A stretch of DNA of 64,000 nucleotides from Candidatus Lustribacter sp. (GTDB lineage: Bacteria; Vulcanimicrobiota; Vulcanimicrobiia; Vulcanimicrobiales; Vulcanimicrobiaceae), in the NCBI GenBank assembly GCA_965277805.1, contig OZ255842.1, positions 5,088,001 to 5,152,000 of the forward strand. The letters run 5' to 3'. Both the position numbers and the translations under genes were made by a program. Each line of letters begins with the position of its first letter. The stretch's first letter is position 1. The notes under the pieces are model-generated. The model worked only from the letters and a program-made list of their open reading frames with translations. It did no database searches and was not told the origin of the DNA. Below are positions 28,432 through 38,640 of the stretch, one piece after another.

Positions 28432-29361
28432 CTACGTCCGCGCCGCGGCGGCTTCGAGTGCGCGGTACGCGCGCGAGACGACGCGGCCGTTTAGTACGCC
28501 GTCGATGAAGCGCGAGGCGTCCCGCAGTTTCTCGATGTCGATGCCCGTTTCGATGCCCATGCCGTCGAGCAGATACAGCACGTCTTCGGTGGCGACGTTG
28601 CCGGTGGCGCCGGGCGCAAACGGACAACCGCCGAGGCCGCCGGCCGATGAATCGTACTCGTGCACGCCGAGCTGCAAGCCGGCCATGATGTTGGCCAGCG
28701 CCGTCCCGCGCGTGTCGTGGAAGTGCAAGCCGAACTGTTCGAGCGTGATGCCGGCGTCGAGCAAGCCGCTCACCACCTCGACGACTTGATTCGGCGTCGC
28801 AACGCCGATCGTGTCGGCAATGGAGAGCGTGTCTGCGCCGAGCTCGAGCAACTGCTGCGCGAGTCTTACGACGTTCGCAGCCGGCACCGCGCCTTCGAAG
28901 GGGCAGCCGAAGGCGGTCGACACTGAGGCTCGCACCGCCATGCCGTCGGCATGCGCACGCGCGATCACGACGCGGAAAACATTGAGAGAATCCTCGATCG
29001 ACATGCGAATGTTGCGCTGCGCGAAGGTGTCCGATGCGGCGGTAAAGACGGCGATCTCGCGCACGCCGGCGGCAAGCGCGCGGTCGAGCCCGCGTTGATT
29101 CGGGACGAGCGTGATGTAGCGAACGCCGTCGCGCTTGCGGATCGCGGGAAACACCTGGTCGGCGTCGGCCATTTGCGGCACGGCGGCCGGGCTCACGAAC
29201 GACGTGACTTCGATCGCGCGCACGCCGGCGTCGACGAGCATCTCGACGTATTGCACTTTGTCGGCTGCGGCAACGGTTTGCGATTCGTTCTGCAAGCCGT
29301 CGCGCGGACCGACTTCGCAGATGGTGACGCGTTTGGGGAAGGCGGCGTAGGGGTTGCTCAC
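28432..29361 (-). CDS. liuE: Hydroxymethylglutaryl-CoA lyase
   Basis: EVGPRDGLQNE, HFHDTRG, GGLGGCPFAPGATGNVATED. Confidence 0.95.
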   Translation of the reverse strand: MSNPYAAFPKRVTICEVGPRDGLQNESQTVAAADKVQYVEMLVDAGVRAIEVTSFVSPAAVPQMADADQVFPAIRKRDGVRYITLVPNQRGLDRALAAGVREIAVFTAASDTFAQRNIRMSIEDSLNVFRVVIARAHADGMAVRASVSTAFGCPFEGAVPAANVVRLAQQLLELGADTLSIADTIGVATPNQVVEVVSGLLDAGITLEQFGLHFHDTRGTALANIMAGLQLGVHEYDSSAGGLGGCPFAPGATGNVATEDVLYLLDGMGIETGIDIEKLRDASRFIDGVLNGRVVSRAYRALEAAAART

Positions 29362-30122
29362 GTGACGGTTTCTCCACGAAGGAAGCGCGCGATGATCTCG
29401 ACTTCTCGATGCCAGATCACATCGTCGGCGCGAAAGCCGCGGCCGAGAAAGGCGACGATATCAAAGACCGCACCAAGGTTCAGATGGTTCGCCATCGAGT
29501 CCCGGATGATGACCTCGGGGAGCTGGTGTTCGAGGGTGGCCGAGTCGAGCAGGATTACGCCGTCGCTCTCTTCTTTGGCCAAGTGCCCGGCGATGGCGAG
29601 CGCCCGGTGACCATCGGGAACGGTCCACGGCCGGCGGCTGAGCTTCCAGCGTTTCTTCTTCGGGTTGTCGGTGGGGATCCAGGTGCCGCTCGTTTCGTTG
29701 AGCCAGGTGAGAAACGGCGACGCGACGTCGAGATCGTTGATCACGGCATGCGGAATCCACATCAGCTTCAAGAGATTTGCGATGTAGTTGCTGATGAGGC
29801 CGCAGTTCGGTGCGGCGATTTGCACGGTTGCGGCAATCTCGCCGGCGCGCTCGGGATACGCGCGCAGAAACCCGCGGTTGACGAGGCCGCCCGCGCTGTA
29901 GCCGACCGTGGCCACCGGAAACGCGTCGGGTTCGCGTAGCTTCAGGCCGTCGAGAAATTGCGCGAAGCGATCGATGCGCGGGCGCAGCGCGTCGCGGCCG
30001 CCGGGAAAGATCGTGCAGTCGAAACCATAGGCCGCGAGCCCGTCGATGCCGTGGCGTCCGTCGATGAACGTGCGCATGACGTCGGAGTTCTCATGCCAGC
30101 CCGGAACGAGAACGACTTTCAT
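29358..30122 (-). CDS. Alpha/beta hydrolase (lipase/esterase-like)
   Basis: VLVPG, GYSAGG nucleophile elbow, SDG, NH. Confidence 0.8.
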   Translation of the reverse strand: MKVVLVPGWHENSDVMRTFIDGRHGIDGLAAYGFDCTIFPGGRDALRPRIDRFAQFLDGLKLREPDAFPVATVGYSAGGLVNRGFLRAYPERAGEIAATVQIAAPNCGLISNYIANLLKLMWIPHAVINDLDVASPFLTWLNETSGTWIPTDNPKKKRWKLSRRPWTVPDGHRALAIAGHLAKEESDGVILLDSATLEHQLPEVIIRDSMANHLNLGAVFDIVAFLGRGFRADDVIWHREVEIIARFLRGETVT

Positions 30123-31969
30123 GCGCCGCCGATCGTGACAAGCGGGACGCCCGCCGCAACCACGTCGCCGGTTGCGACGTGGAGGGCGCTGACGGTGCCG
30201 GCAACTGGTGCCTCAATGCGGTGTTCCATCTTCATTGCCTCCAAAACGACCAGCAGATCGTGCAGCGCGACGCTGCTGCCTGCCTGCACGGCCACGCTGA
30301 CGATCTTCCCCGGCATAGGCGCGCTGACATCACCGCTGCCGTGCATGGCGCCCGCTCCGCGCGCGGATGCGCTCGGCGGCGGGGCCGGGACGACGCTACC
30401 GTCCGGCGGGATCAAGGCGGCATCGAAGGGCACCTCGGCATTCACGTCGCCGGAGATACGCCAGCCGCCGGCCGTGCGATCCGCGGTGACGTTCACGCGT
30501 CTCCCATCGTGTACGAGCGCGAGCGGAATGCCGATGCCGCCCGGACGCCAGCCGTAACCGGAACGCAAGAGCGCGCCGATGCTTGCCGTCAGGGTCTGCG
30601 CGGCATGCTGCGCGATCGACGCGCTGAGCGCGGGCCCGCGTTCGGCGAGAAAGCTCGTCGTGGTGTCGCCGGCGGCGAACGCCGTATCCGCTGCGATCGC
30701 ACGCAACAGCGGCAGGTTCGTCGCGAGGCCCGCGACGCGCGTCTGCGCCAGCGTCGCGCCGAGTCGCGCGATCGCCCCGTCACGATCTTCGCTCCACACG
30801 ATGATCTTCGCCAAGAGTGAATCGTAGAACACCGGCACGTCGCTTCCCGCGCGCACGCCGGAGTCGAGCCGCACGCCGGGCGCGCGCGGAACGTCGAACG
30901 CCGTCAGCGTTCCGGCTTGCGGCGCGTAGTCGTGCGCCGAATCCTCGGCATTCAGCCGCACCTCGATCGCCCAGCCGCGCGCGCGGATATCGGCTTGGGT
31001 GAAATGCAGCGGCTCGCCGTTCGCGATGCGCAGCTGTTCGTGCACGAGATCGATGCCGTAGACGAGTTCGGTGACCGGGTGCTCGACTTGCAAACGCGCG
31101 TTCATCTCGAGAAATGCAAACGTGCCGTCGGCCGCGAGCAAGAATTCGACCGTACCGGCATTCGTGTAGCCGACGCTGCGCGCCGCGGCTACGGCCGCCG
31201 CGCCCATGCGCCCGCGCAGCTCCGCGTCGAGTGCGAGCGACGGCGCTTCCTCGACGACTTTCTGATGGCGGCGCTGGATCGAACAATCGCGCTCGCCGAG
31301 ATGCACGATCGTCCCGTGTGCATCGCCGAGAATCTGGAATTCGATATGCCGCGGACGCTGCAGATAACGCTCGAGCAGCACCGCATCGTCGCCGAAGGCC
31401 GCGCGCGATTCCCGCCGCGCCGATGCGAGCGCCTCATCGAACGTTGCGAGATCATCGACGACGCGCATGCCGCGTCCGCCGCCGCCGGCCACTGCCTTGA
31501 TCACGAGTGGCGTGCCGAGCGCCGCCGCTTCGCGCCGCAGCACGGCAGGGTCTTGGTCGGCGCCGTCATAGCCGTCGACGATCGGCACGCCGGCCGCGCG
31601 CACGCGCCGCTTCGCTTCGCTCTTCGAGCCCATCGCGGCGATCGCGGCGGGCGCCGGACCGACGAAGATCAAGCCGGCGTCGATCACCGCGTGCGCGAAC
31701 GTTGCATTCTCCGAGAGAAACCCGTAGCCGGGATGCACGGCGTCGGCGCCGAGTTCGCGCGCCGCGGCGATGATCGCCGCGCCGTCGAGATACGATTCGG
31801 CGGCCGGACCGGGTCCGATCCGCGTCGACGCATCGAGCGCTTCGCGAAACGCCGCATCGACGTCGGCGTCGGAGTAGACGCCGACGGGCGCGATGCCCAT
31901 CTCGCGCGCGCCGCGGGCGATGCGGATCGCGATCTCACCGCGGTTGGCGATGAGCAGGCGGCGGATCAC
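30119..31969 (-). CDS. liuD: 3-methylcrotonyl-CoA carboxylase alpha (biotin carboxylase + biotin carrier)
   Basis: LIANRGEIA, HPGYGFLSEN, QRRHQK, EMNARLQVEH, EAMKME. Confidence 0.9.
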   Translation of the reverse strand: MIRRLLIANRGEIAIRIARGAREMGIAPVGVYSDADVDAAFREALDASTRIGPGPAAESYLDGAAIIAAARELGADAVHPGYGFLSENATFAHAVIDAGLIFVGPAPAAIAAMGSKSEAKRRVRAAGVPIVDGYDGADQDPAVLRREAAALGTPLVIKAVAGGGGRGMRVVDDLATFDEALASARRESRAAFGDDAVLLERYLQRPRHIEFQILGDAHGTIVHLGERDCSIQRRHQKVVEEAPSLALDAELRGRMGAAAVAAARSVGYTNAGTVEFLLAADGTFAFLEMNARLQVEHPVTELVYGIDLVHEQLRIANGEPLHFTQADIRARGWAIEVRLNAEDSAHDYAPQAGTLTAFDVPRAPGVRLDSGVRAGSDVPVFYDSLLAKIIVWSEDRDGAIARLGATLAQTRVAGLATNLPLLRAIAADTAFAAGDTTTSFLAERGPALSASIAQHAAQTLTASIGALLRSGYGWRPGGIGIPLALVHDGRRVNVTADRTAGGWRISGDVNAEVPFDAALIPPDGSVVPAPPPSASARGAGAMHGSGDVSAPMPGKIVSVAVQAGSSVALHDLLVVLEAMKMEHRIEAPVAGTVSALHVATGDVVAAGVPLVTIGGA

Positions 31970-32754
31970 GTATCGTGCCAGCTTGCCGAGCGGCGTTCGA
32001 GAAATGCGCGCAGACCTTCCTGACCTTCGGGGGCCGTGCGCTGCTTCGCGATCGCGCGGGCGCTCAGCGCCGTTGCCTCGGCCGGCGTTGCGGCGCCGGC
32101 GACGTCGCGCACGACGGCTTTGGCGGCGGCGATCGCGCTGGGCGCCGCCGTGCGGAACTCGGCGAGAATGGCGTCGATGCGCGCATCGAGATCGGCCGCC
32201 GGCACCACGTGATGGACCAATCCGATGCGTAGCGCGTGCGCGGCGCCGAAGCGTTCGCCGGTGACGAAGAGCGCGCGCGCTTGCGAGATGCCGATCTTCG
32301 CCAGCACGAACGGCGAGATCACCGCCGGGATGATGCCGAGCTTCACTTCGGTGAAGCCGAAGACGGCGTCGTCGGCAGCGACGACGATGTCGGCCGCGGC
32401 AACCAAACCGCAGCCGCCGCCGAGCGCCGCGCCGTGGACGCGCGCTATAGTCGGTTTTGCACAACGGTCGATCGCGACCAGCATCGCAGCCATCGCCTCG
32501 GCGTCGCGGATGTTCTCCGCCTCCGAGAGTTCGAGCGCGGCTCGCATCCATCCGATGTCGGCGCCGCCGCTAAACGTTTTGCCGGCGCCGGCAAGCACGA
32601 TGGAGCGAACGCCGTCGTCGGCGCTCAGCGCGACGAACGTGTCGCGCAGTTCGGCAATGAGCTCGGCGTTGAAGGCATTTCGGACGTCGGGACGGTTCAT
32701 CGTGACGCGTGCGCGCGTCCCGTCCCGCTCGATCTGCACGAGGGAATCGATCAC
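31966..32754 (-). CDS. liuC: Methylglutaconyl-CoA hydratase (crotonase)
   Basis: NRPDVRNAFN, GAD..WM, ALGGG, EVKLG.IPAVI; liu context. Confidence 0.85.
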   Translation of the reverse strand: MIDSLVQIERDGTRARVTMNRPDVRNAFNAELIAELRDTFVALSADDGVRSIVLAGAGKTFSGGADIGWMRAALELSEAENIRDAEAMAAMLVAIDRCAKPTIARVHGAALGGGCGLVAAADIVVAADDAVFGFTEVKLGIIPAVISPFVLAKIGISQARALFVTGERFGAAHALRIGLVHHVVPAADLDARIDAILAEFRTAAPSAIAAAKAVVRDVAGAATPAEATALSARAIAKQRTAPEGQEGLRAFLERRSASWHDT

Positions 32755-32894
32755 CGGGGCGGCTTCAACGCTCTGAAGAGAACATCCGCGTCCGGTTGGA
32801 GAACGTTCCCATTCCGGAGAGCGTTCATCTTCAGGGCGCGCCGCCGTAAGGGGCCTTACGCCGTCAGCGCGCCTGCGCGAGGTAGGATTTCCAC

Positions 32895-33722
32895 ATGACA
32901 CAGCCGCCGGTCGCGGGTCAACGGGTCTATCGCCACTCGATCGCAGCGCGCGTCACGCACTGGCTTTGGACGCTCGCCATGCTGGTGCTCGTCATGAGCG
33001 GGCTGCAGATCTTCAACGCCGCGCCGTACCTCGACGCGAGCGACAACAGCAACCCCGCGCGCCGCATTCTCTCGTTCGACGCGCAAAAAACCGCCGACGG
33101 CAAGCAGATCGGCACGACGACGATTTTCGGCCACACGTTCACGACCACGCACGTGCTCGGCTACACCGACGACGGCCAAGGCGGCGAAGAAGAGCGCGCG
33201 TTTCCGGGCGCGCTCACGCTGCCCGCCACGCAAGACCTCGCCGACGGACGCGTGTGGCATCTGTTCTTCGGCTGGGTGCTCGTGCTCTCGCTCGTTACCT
33301 ACATCATCGTGGGCGCGATTCGCAAAGATCTGCGCGAACTGATCCTCCGGCCTTCAGACATTCCCAAGCTTTTGCCGATGCAGCTCTACTATTTTCACTT
33401 GCGCAAAGAGCCGCCGCCGCACGGCACCTACAACCCGCTGCAAAAAGCGGCGTACACCGTCGTGCTGTTCGGCTTCATTCCGCTGATCATCCTCACCGGC
33501 ATGGCGCTCTCGCCGGGGATCGACGCGATCAGCGGACCGCTGGTCTGGCTCTTGGGCGGACGGCAGTTCGCGCGGACGTGGCACTTCACGCTGATGGTGC
33601 TGCTGATCGGCTACTTCGCAACGCACATGGTTCTGGTTTTTTCGACCGGCCCGTGGAACAACATCAAATCGATGATCACCGGCTGGTACAAGCTGAAAGA
33701 TCATGACGGGGTAGGCATATGA
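32895..33722 (+). CDS. Cytochrome b/b6-domain membrane subunit (YdhU/PhsC-like)
   Basis: RVTHW, SGLQIFN, WH.FF, YNPLQK, ARTWHF, H...V haem ligands. Confidence 0.85.
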   Translation: MTQPPVAGQRVYRHSIAARVTHWLWTLAMLVLVMSGLQIFNAAPYLDASDNSNPARRILSFDAQKTADGKQIGTTTIFGHTFTTTHVLGYTDDGQGGEEERAFPGALTLPATQDLADGRVWHLFFGWVLVLSLVTYIIVGAIRKDLRELILRPSDIPKLLPMQLYYFHLRKEPPPHGTYNPLQKAAYTVVLFGFIPLIILTGMALSPGIDAISGPLVWLLGGRQFARTWHFTLMVLLIGYFATHMVLVFSTGPWNNIKSMITGWYKLKDHDGVGI

Positions 33723-34450
33723 AACGCCGGCTTTTCGTTGCGTCGCTGAGTGCGAGCAGCCTCGTCGCCTGCGGTCCGGTGAAAGATCAGCTCACGTCGT
33801 CGCTGCACGGCGTGCTCGACAGCGCACAGGTACTCAATCACGCGATCATCGGCACGCGTGGCCGCGCCCGGCTCTATACGGAAGCCGACATCAATCTCAA
33901 CTTCCGCGTGAACGGGCTCGACACGCCGAGCGATCAGCGCTATGCCGACGCCGCGCGCGATCATTTCGGCGCATATCGCTTGCCGGTGGAAGGCCTCGTC
34001 GACCGGCCGCACACCTTTACGCTGGCGGAACTGCGCGCGATGCCGCAGCTCGCGCAAATCACGCGTCACGATTGCGTCGAAGGCTGGAGTCAGGTCGGGA
34101 AGTGGCAGGGCGTGCCGCTCGCAACGGTCATCGCGATGGCGCAGCCGAAAACGAACGCGCGCTATGTGATCTTCAGCTGTTTCGACAAGGACGAGTCGGG
34201 CACGGAATACTACGAGTCGCTCGATCTGCACGAGGCCGCGCACCCGCAGACGCTCCTCGCGCTCGACCTCAACGACAAACCGATCGATCCCGATCACGGT
34301 GCGCCCGTGCGCTTGCGCATTCCGACCCAACTCGGCTACAAGAGCGCGAAGTGGGTCCGCAAGATCGAACTCGCCGCGGCTTTCCCGACGCCCCAAAGCA
34401 AAGGCGGCTACTGGGAAGACCAAGGCTACGAATGGTACGGCGGCATCTAG
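33719..34450 (+). CDS. Sulfite-oxidase-family molybdopterin oxidoreductase (Tat lipoprotein)
   Basis: MKRRLF..LVAC signal; HDCVEGW, HGAPVRL, GYKSAKW, GYWE. Confidence 0.9.
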   Translation: MKRRLFVASLSASSLVACGPVKDQLTSSLHGVLDSAQVLNHAIIGTRGRARLYTEADINLNFRVNGLDTPSDQRYADAARDHFGAYRLPVEGLVDRPHTFTLAELRAMPQLAQITRHDCVEGWSQVGKWQGVPLATVIAMAQPKTNARYVIFSCFDKDESGTEYYESLDLHEAAHPQTLLALDLNDKPIDPDHGAPVRLRIPTQLGYKSAKWVRKIELAAAFPTPQSKGGYWEDQGYEWYGGI

Positions 34451-34466
34451 CCAGAACTGATGGCGG

Positions 34467-35204
34467 GTGTCGAGCGATCCGTTCAGCACCGGGGTCTCCG
34501 CGTTGGAGGCCTACAGCACCGCCATCGACGTTTCTGCAAACAACATCGCGAACGTCGGGACGGCCGGTTTTCAAGCCCAGGACACCGAGTTCGGTGACAT
34601 CTACTCCGGCGCCGTTGCCGCGCGCCTGAGCGCGAACGCCGCGCCGGGCGGCCTCGAGCCGACGGGCACCTCCACCAACGTTGCGATCGCGGGCACCGGT
34701 TACTTCGCGCTCGCCGGTCCCAACGGCACGATCTACACGCGCGACGGCAACTTCGTTCCCGGCGCGAACGCCACGCTCGTCGACGCATCGACCGGGCTCG
34801 CGGTCAGCAGCGTGAGCGGAGCGCCGATCGTGATTCCGGCCGGCACCTCGGTGCTCTCGATCGGCAGCGACGGTACCGTTACCGGCATTCTCAACGGTCA
34901 ACCCACGACGCTCGGCCGGCTCGCGCTCGCGGCCTTTTCGAATCCCGGCGGTTTGCTGCATGTGTCGGGCGGTTACGAAGCCTCGCCGAACTCCGGCACC
35001 GTCTTACTCGGCGCGCCCGCAACGCCCGGCTACGGCTCGTTGATCCCAGGCTTCCTGGAAGGTTCGAACGTCGACCTCGCGGCGGAAATCATCAAGATGA
35101 CCGCTTCGCAAGCCGCCTACAAAGCGAACGCGGTCTCGATCCGCACCGCCGACGAAATCCTCACCACCGCCGTCAACATCGACGACGAAGGCCGCACGGC
35201 CTAA
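34467..35204 (+). CDS. Flagellar hook/basal-body rod family protein (FlgE/F/G-like)
   Basis: ANNIANV.T.GF, G.GYF, YTRDGNF, LEGSNVDL. Confidence 0.85.
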   Translation: MSSDPFSTGVSALEAYSTAIDVSANNIANVGTAGFQAQDTEFGDIYSGAVAARLSANAAPGGLEPTGTSTNVAIAGTGYFALAGPNGTIYTRDGNFVPGANATLVDASTGLAVSSVSGAPIVIPAGTSVLSIGSDGTVTGILNGQPTTLGRLALAAFSNPGGLLHVSGGYEASPNSGTVLLGAPATPGYGSLIPGFLEGSNVDLAAEIIKMTASQAAYKANAVSIRTADEILTTAVNIDDEGRTA

Positions 35205-35905
35205 ACGCTGAGCAGCGGGGCGATGGCCTCGGGCGATTCGTCCGCCGTCGTGCCGGAACGCACCACCGTGCCGCGCTGCATCACGTAGTAGCGGTCGGTG
35301 ATCGACCAGGCGAAGTCGAGATGCTGTTCGACGATGAGGATCGCGACGCCGAGTTCGCGCCGGACGTTGCCGAGAATGCGACCGATTTCCGCCACGACGT
35401 TGGGCTGGATGCCTTCGGCCGGTTCATCGAGCAAGAGCAAACGCGGCTTGCCGAGCAGCGCCCGCGCGAGCGCGAGTTGCTGCTGCTCGCCGCCGCTCAG
35501 CACGCCGCCCTTCCGGTCGCGCAAGGCGACGAGCGCCGGAAAGAGCTCGTACAGTGGTGCGGGGTCGGGCGTGACCGCGGGTTTGCGGCCCCCGAGCGCC
35601 GACGCGCCGACCGAAAGATTCTCCGCGACCGTGAGCTGCGGAAAGATGCCGCGCCCTTGCGGGACGTAGCCGATGCCGAGCCGCGCGCGGCGGTATGCCG
35701 GCAATCGCATGACGTCGTCGTCGCCGAACGCTATGCTGCCGCTGTTGGCGGCGTGCAGGCCGACGATCGTGCGCAACAGCGTCGTTTTGCCGACACCGTT
35801 GCGGCCGAGAAGTGCGACCGCCTCACCGCTGCCGACGGCCAGATCGATGCCGGAGAGCACCTGGCTCATGCCGTAGGCGGCGCCGATTCCCTTAAGCGCG
35901 AGCAC
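35201..35905 (-). CDS. urtE: Urea ABC transporter ATP-binding subunit
   Basis: GRNGVGKTT, YVPQGR, LSGG.QQQL, EGIQP. Confidence 0.9.
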   Translation of the reverse strand: MLALKGIGAAYGMSQVLSGIDLAVGSGEAVALLGRNGVGKTTLLRTIVGLHAANSGSIAFGDDDVMRLPAYRRARLGIGYVPQGRGIFPQLTVAENLSVGASALGGRKPAVTPDPAPLYELFPALVALRDRKGGVLSGGEQQQLALARALLGKPRLLLLDEPAEGIQPNVVAEIGRILGNVRRELGVAILIVEQHLDFAWSITDRYYVMQRGTVVRSGTTADESPEAIAPLLSV

Positions 35906-36665
35906 CGTTGGCCTCGTGCGCGCGGCCGAGATAGACGGCTTCGACTTCAGGATTCTTGCGGATTTCCGCCACCGACGCACCGTGCGCGAGCATGCTGCCC
36001 ATATTGAGCACGCTGACCGGCGCAGCGAGTTGTTCGACGAAATCCATATCGTGATCGATGACGATGAACGCGTGGCGTCCGGTCAGCGAGCGGATGAGCG
36101 TCGCCGTGGCTTCCGCTTCTTGGTGCGTCATGCCGGCCGCGGGTTCGTCGAGCAGCAGCAAGTCCGCATTCGACGCGACGACCATCCCGATCTCGAGCCA
36201 CTGCTTGTTCCCATGCGCCAGCTCGGCGGCGAGGTCGAGGCGGCGATCGGCTAGGCCGATGATCGTGAGCACTTCGTCGACGCGTTCGCGTTCGGCGGCC
36301 GTGATGGAAGAGATCAACGCGTGCCACGCACCGCGATTGTGTTTTACGGCAACCCGCAGATTTTCTTCGATCGTCAGCGCGTCGAGTACGCCGGGGGTTT
36401 GGAATTTGCGGCAGATGCCGCGCCGCACGATCGCGTACTCGGGCACCTTCGCCAAATCTTCGTTCTTGAACAGCACGCGTCCGGACGTGGGCCGCACGCG
36501 GCCGATGATCGTATCGAGCAGCGTCGATTTACCCGCGCCGTTCGGTCCGACCAGCACGTGGCAGGCGCCGGCCGCGAGGCTGAAGCTCAAGTCGTTGAGC
36601 GCCTTGAAACCGTCGAACGACACCGTGACGTGTTCGACCGATAGCAATGCCGCCTCGCCGTTCAT
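35892..36665 (-). CDS. urtD: Urea ABC transporter ATP-binding subunit
   Basis: FDGFKAL, RKFQTP, HG.KQWLEIGM. Confidence 0.9.
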   Translation of the reverse strand: MNGEAALLSVEHVTVSFDGFKALNDLSFSLAAGACHVLVGPNGAGKSTLLDTIIGRVRPTSGRVLFKNEDLAKVPEYAIVRRGICRKFQTPGVLDALTIEENLRVAVKHNRGAWHALISSITAAERERVDEVLTIIGLADRRLDLAAELAHGNKQWLEIGMVVASNADLLLLDEPAAGMTHQEAEATATLIRSLTGRHAFIVIDHDMDFVEQLAAPVSVLNMGSMLAHGASVAEIRKNPEVEAVYLGRAHEANGARA

Positions 36666-37711
36666 TCCGGCACCGTCGCCGGCGGAGCGGCGGCGACGAT
36701 GCGGGGCGCGCGCCGGGTGAGCGTTGCGAGACCGACGATCCCTTGCGGCAAGATCGTCACGACCAGCACGAAGATCGCGCCGACGACGTAGAGCCAGAGA
36801 TCGGGAAAAGCGCTGCTGATGAAGTCTTTGCCGAAATTCACGGCAAGCGTGCCGATGATCGCACCCAAGAGGCTGTTGCGGCCGCCGACCGCGACCCAGA
36901 TGACCATCTCGATCGACGGCACGACGCCGAACATCGCGGGCGAAATCACGCCGAGGTCGAGCGTGACGAGCGCACCCGAAACGCCGGCCAGAATGCCGGC
37001 AATCGCGAACGCAATCACCTTGAACGGCAGCGGATCGTAGCCGAGGAACCGCACGCGATTTTCTCCGTCGCGCACTGCCAGCAGCACTTTGCCGAACGCC
37101 GAGTTTTGCAACATTCGCACGCCGGCAAACGCGATCGCGAGCACGGCCAGCGTGATCCAGTACAAGCCGTACTGCGTGTGCGTGTCGCCCAGCACGTACC
37201 CGAACGCGCTCGTGAAACCGGTGAGCCCGTTGAAGCCGCCGGTGAACTGCTGCTGCGAGATGATCAACGTTGCGGCGGCGAGCGCCAGCGCTTGCGTGAT
37301 AATCGCGAAGTACGAGCCGGCGATGCGGCGGCGGAAGACGAGATACGCGAGCGCGGCGGCGGCGACGCCCGGCAAGATGAAGACCATCCCGATTGCGAAG
37401 GCCGGATTTCGGAACGGCGCCCACCACCACGGCAGCGTGTCGAGGCCGCTCCACTGCATGAAATCCGGAACGGCGCCGGGATCCAAGCCGGCGAGCTTGA
37501 GGTGCATCGCGAGCGCGTAACCGCCGAGCGCGAAGAACACGCCTTGTCCCAGGCTGAGGATACCGCCCGTGCCCCAGATCAGCGAAATGCCGAGTGCCAA
37601 AACGGCTAGCGCCAAAAAGCGTCCGAGCAGTGAAAGTTCGTAGGGCGGTAGGTAGAGCGGTGCGCATGCGGCGACGACGAGCAGCGCCGCGAGGCCAATT
37701 TCCTTGCGCAT
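36662..37711 (-). CDS. urtC: Urea ABC transporter permease
   Basis: GILSLGQG.FF, PDFM.W, RDGENR..FLGY, VAVGGR. Confidence 0.9.
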   Translation of the reverse strand: MRKEIGLAALLVVAACAPLYLPPYELSLLGRFLALAVLALGISLIWGTGGILSLGQGVFFALGGYALAMHLKLAGLDPGAVPDFMQWSGLDTLPWWWAPFRNPAFAIGMVFILPGVAAAALAYLVFRRRIAGSYFAIITQALALAAATLIISQQQFTGGFNGLTGFTSAFGYVLGDTHTQYGLYWITLAVLAIAFAGVRMLQNSAFGKVLLAVRDGENRVRFLGYDPLPFKVIAFAIAGILAGVSGALVTLDLGVISPAMFGVVPSIEMVIWVAVGGRNSLLGAIIGTLAVNFGKDFISSAFPDLWLYVVGAIFVLVVTILPQGIVGLATLTRRAPRIVAAAPPATVPE

Positions 37712-38622
37712 CAGCCTTCCTCCAGTGCGCGCGAACTCTGCGAGACGATGCCGCGCGGGCGGAACTGCATGAACGCGATGACGGCGATCAGCAGCAGCAC
37801 GTCGGAGAAACTTTGGCTGGTGAAAATCTGCGCGCCGGCCGAGAACACGCCGATCAAGAGCGCTGCGGCCAGGGTGCCGGTGAGGCTGCCGAGTCCGCCG
37901 ACGATCACGACCAGAAACGCGTACACGATGTAGCTCTGACCCACCGTCGGCGTGACGGGTGCGATCAGCGAAAGCGCGGATCCGGCGAGGCCGGCGATGC
38001 CGGTACCGAGCGCAAAGACCGCGAGGTCGACCGCGCGCGTGTTTGCGCCGAGCGCCTCGGCGATGCCGCGGTTGGCATGCACGGCGCGCACGAGTAACCC
38101 GAGCCGCGTACGCGCGATGATGAGCCCGACGCCGCCGAGGACGAGCGCGGCCAGCACGATGATGAAGACGCGCACGGCGGGGATCGACAATCCCGTCATC
38201 GCCGTGCCGCCGAGAGAGAGCGTGCCGCTCAGCCACGCCGGCGCCGTCACCTCGACGCCGACCGGGCCGAAGATGCTGCGCGCGGCTTGCTGCAAGATGA
38301 GGCTCACGCCCCACGTCGCGAGCAGCGTGTCGAGCGGGCGGCCGTAGAGGCGCCGGATCAGCGTGACTTCGAGCAGCGCTCCGAAGAGCGCGGTGCCGAT
38401 GAACGCGACGACGAGCCCGATTGCGAATCCGGCGCTTTTGCCGAAAACCGATACCGAGATGTAGGTGAGGTAACCGCCCATCATCAGCATCTCGCCGTGC
38501 GCCATGTTGATGACGCGCATGAGACCGAAGCTCAGGGCAAGACCCAGCGCAGCCAAGAGCAGAATCGAGGCCACGCTGATCCCGTTGAAGAGTTGCCCGG
38601 CGACGAGCGTCGATTCGCTCAT
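37711..38622 (-). CDS. urtB: Urea ABC transporter permease
   Basis: INMAHGE, LYGRPLDTLLATWG. Confidence 0.9.
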   Translation of the reverse strand: MSESTLVAGQLFNGISVASILLLAALGLALSFGLMRVINMAHGEMLMMGGYLTYISVSVFGKSAGFAIGLVVAFIGTALFGALLEVTLIRRLYGRPLDTLLATWGVSLILQQAARSIFGPVGVEVTAPAWLSGTLSLGGTAMTGLSIPAVRVFIIVLAALVLGGVGLIIARTRLGLLVRAVHANRGIAEALGANTRAVDLAVFALGTGIAGLAGSALSLIAPVTPTVGQSYIVYAFLVVIVGGLGSLTGTLAAALLIGVFSAGAQIFTSQSFSDVLLLIAVIAFMQFRPRGIVSQSSRALEEG

Positions 38623-38640
38623 GCGCGTCCGCTCAGCCCG

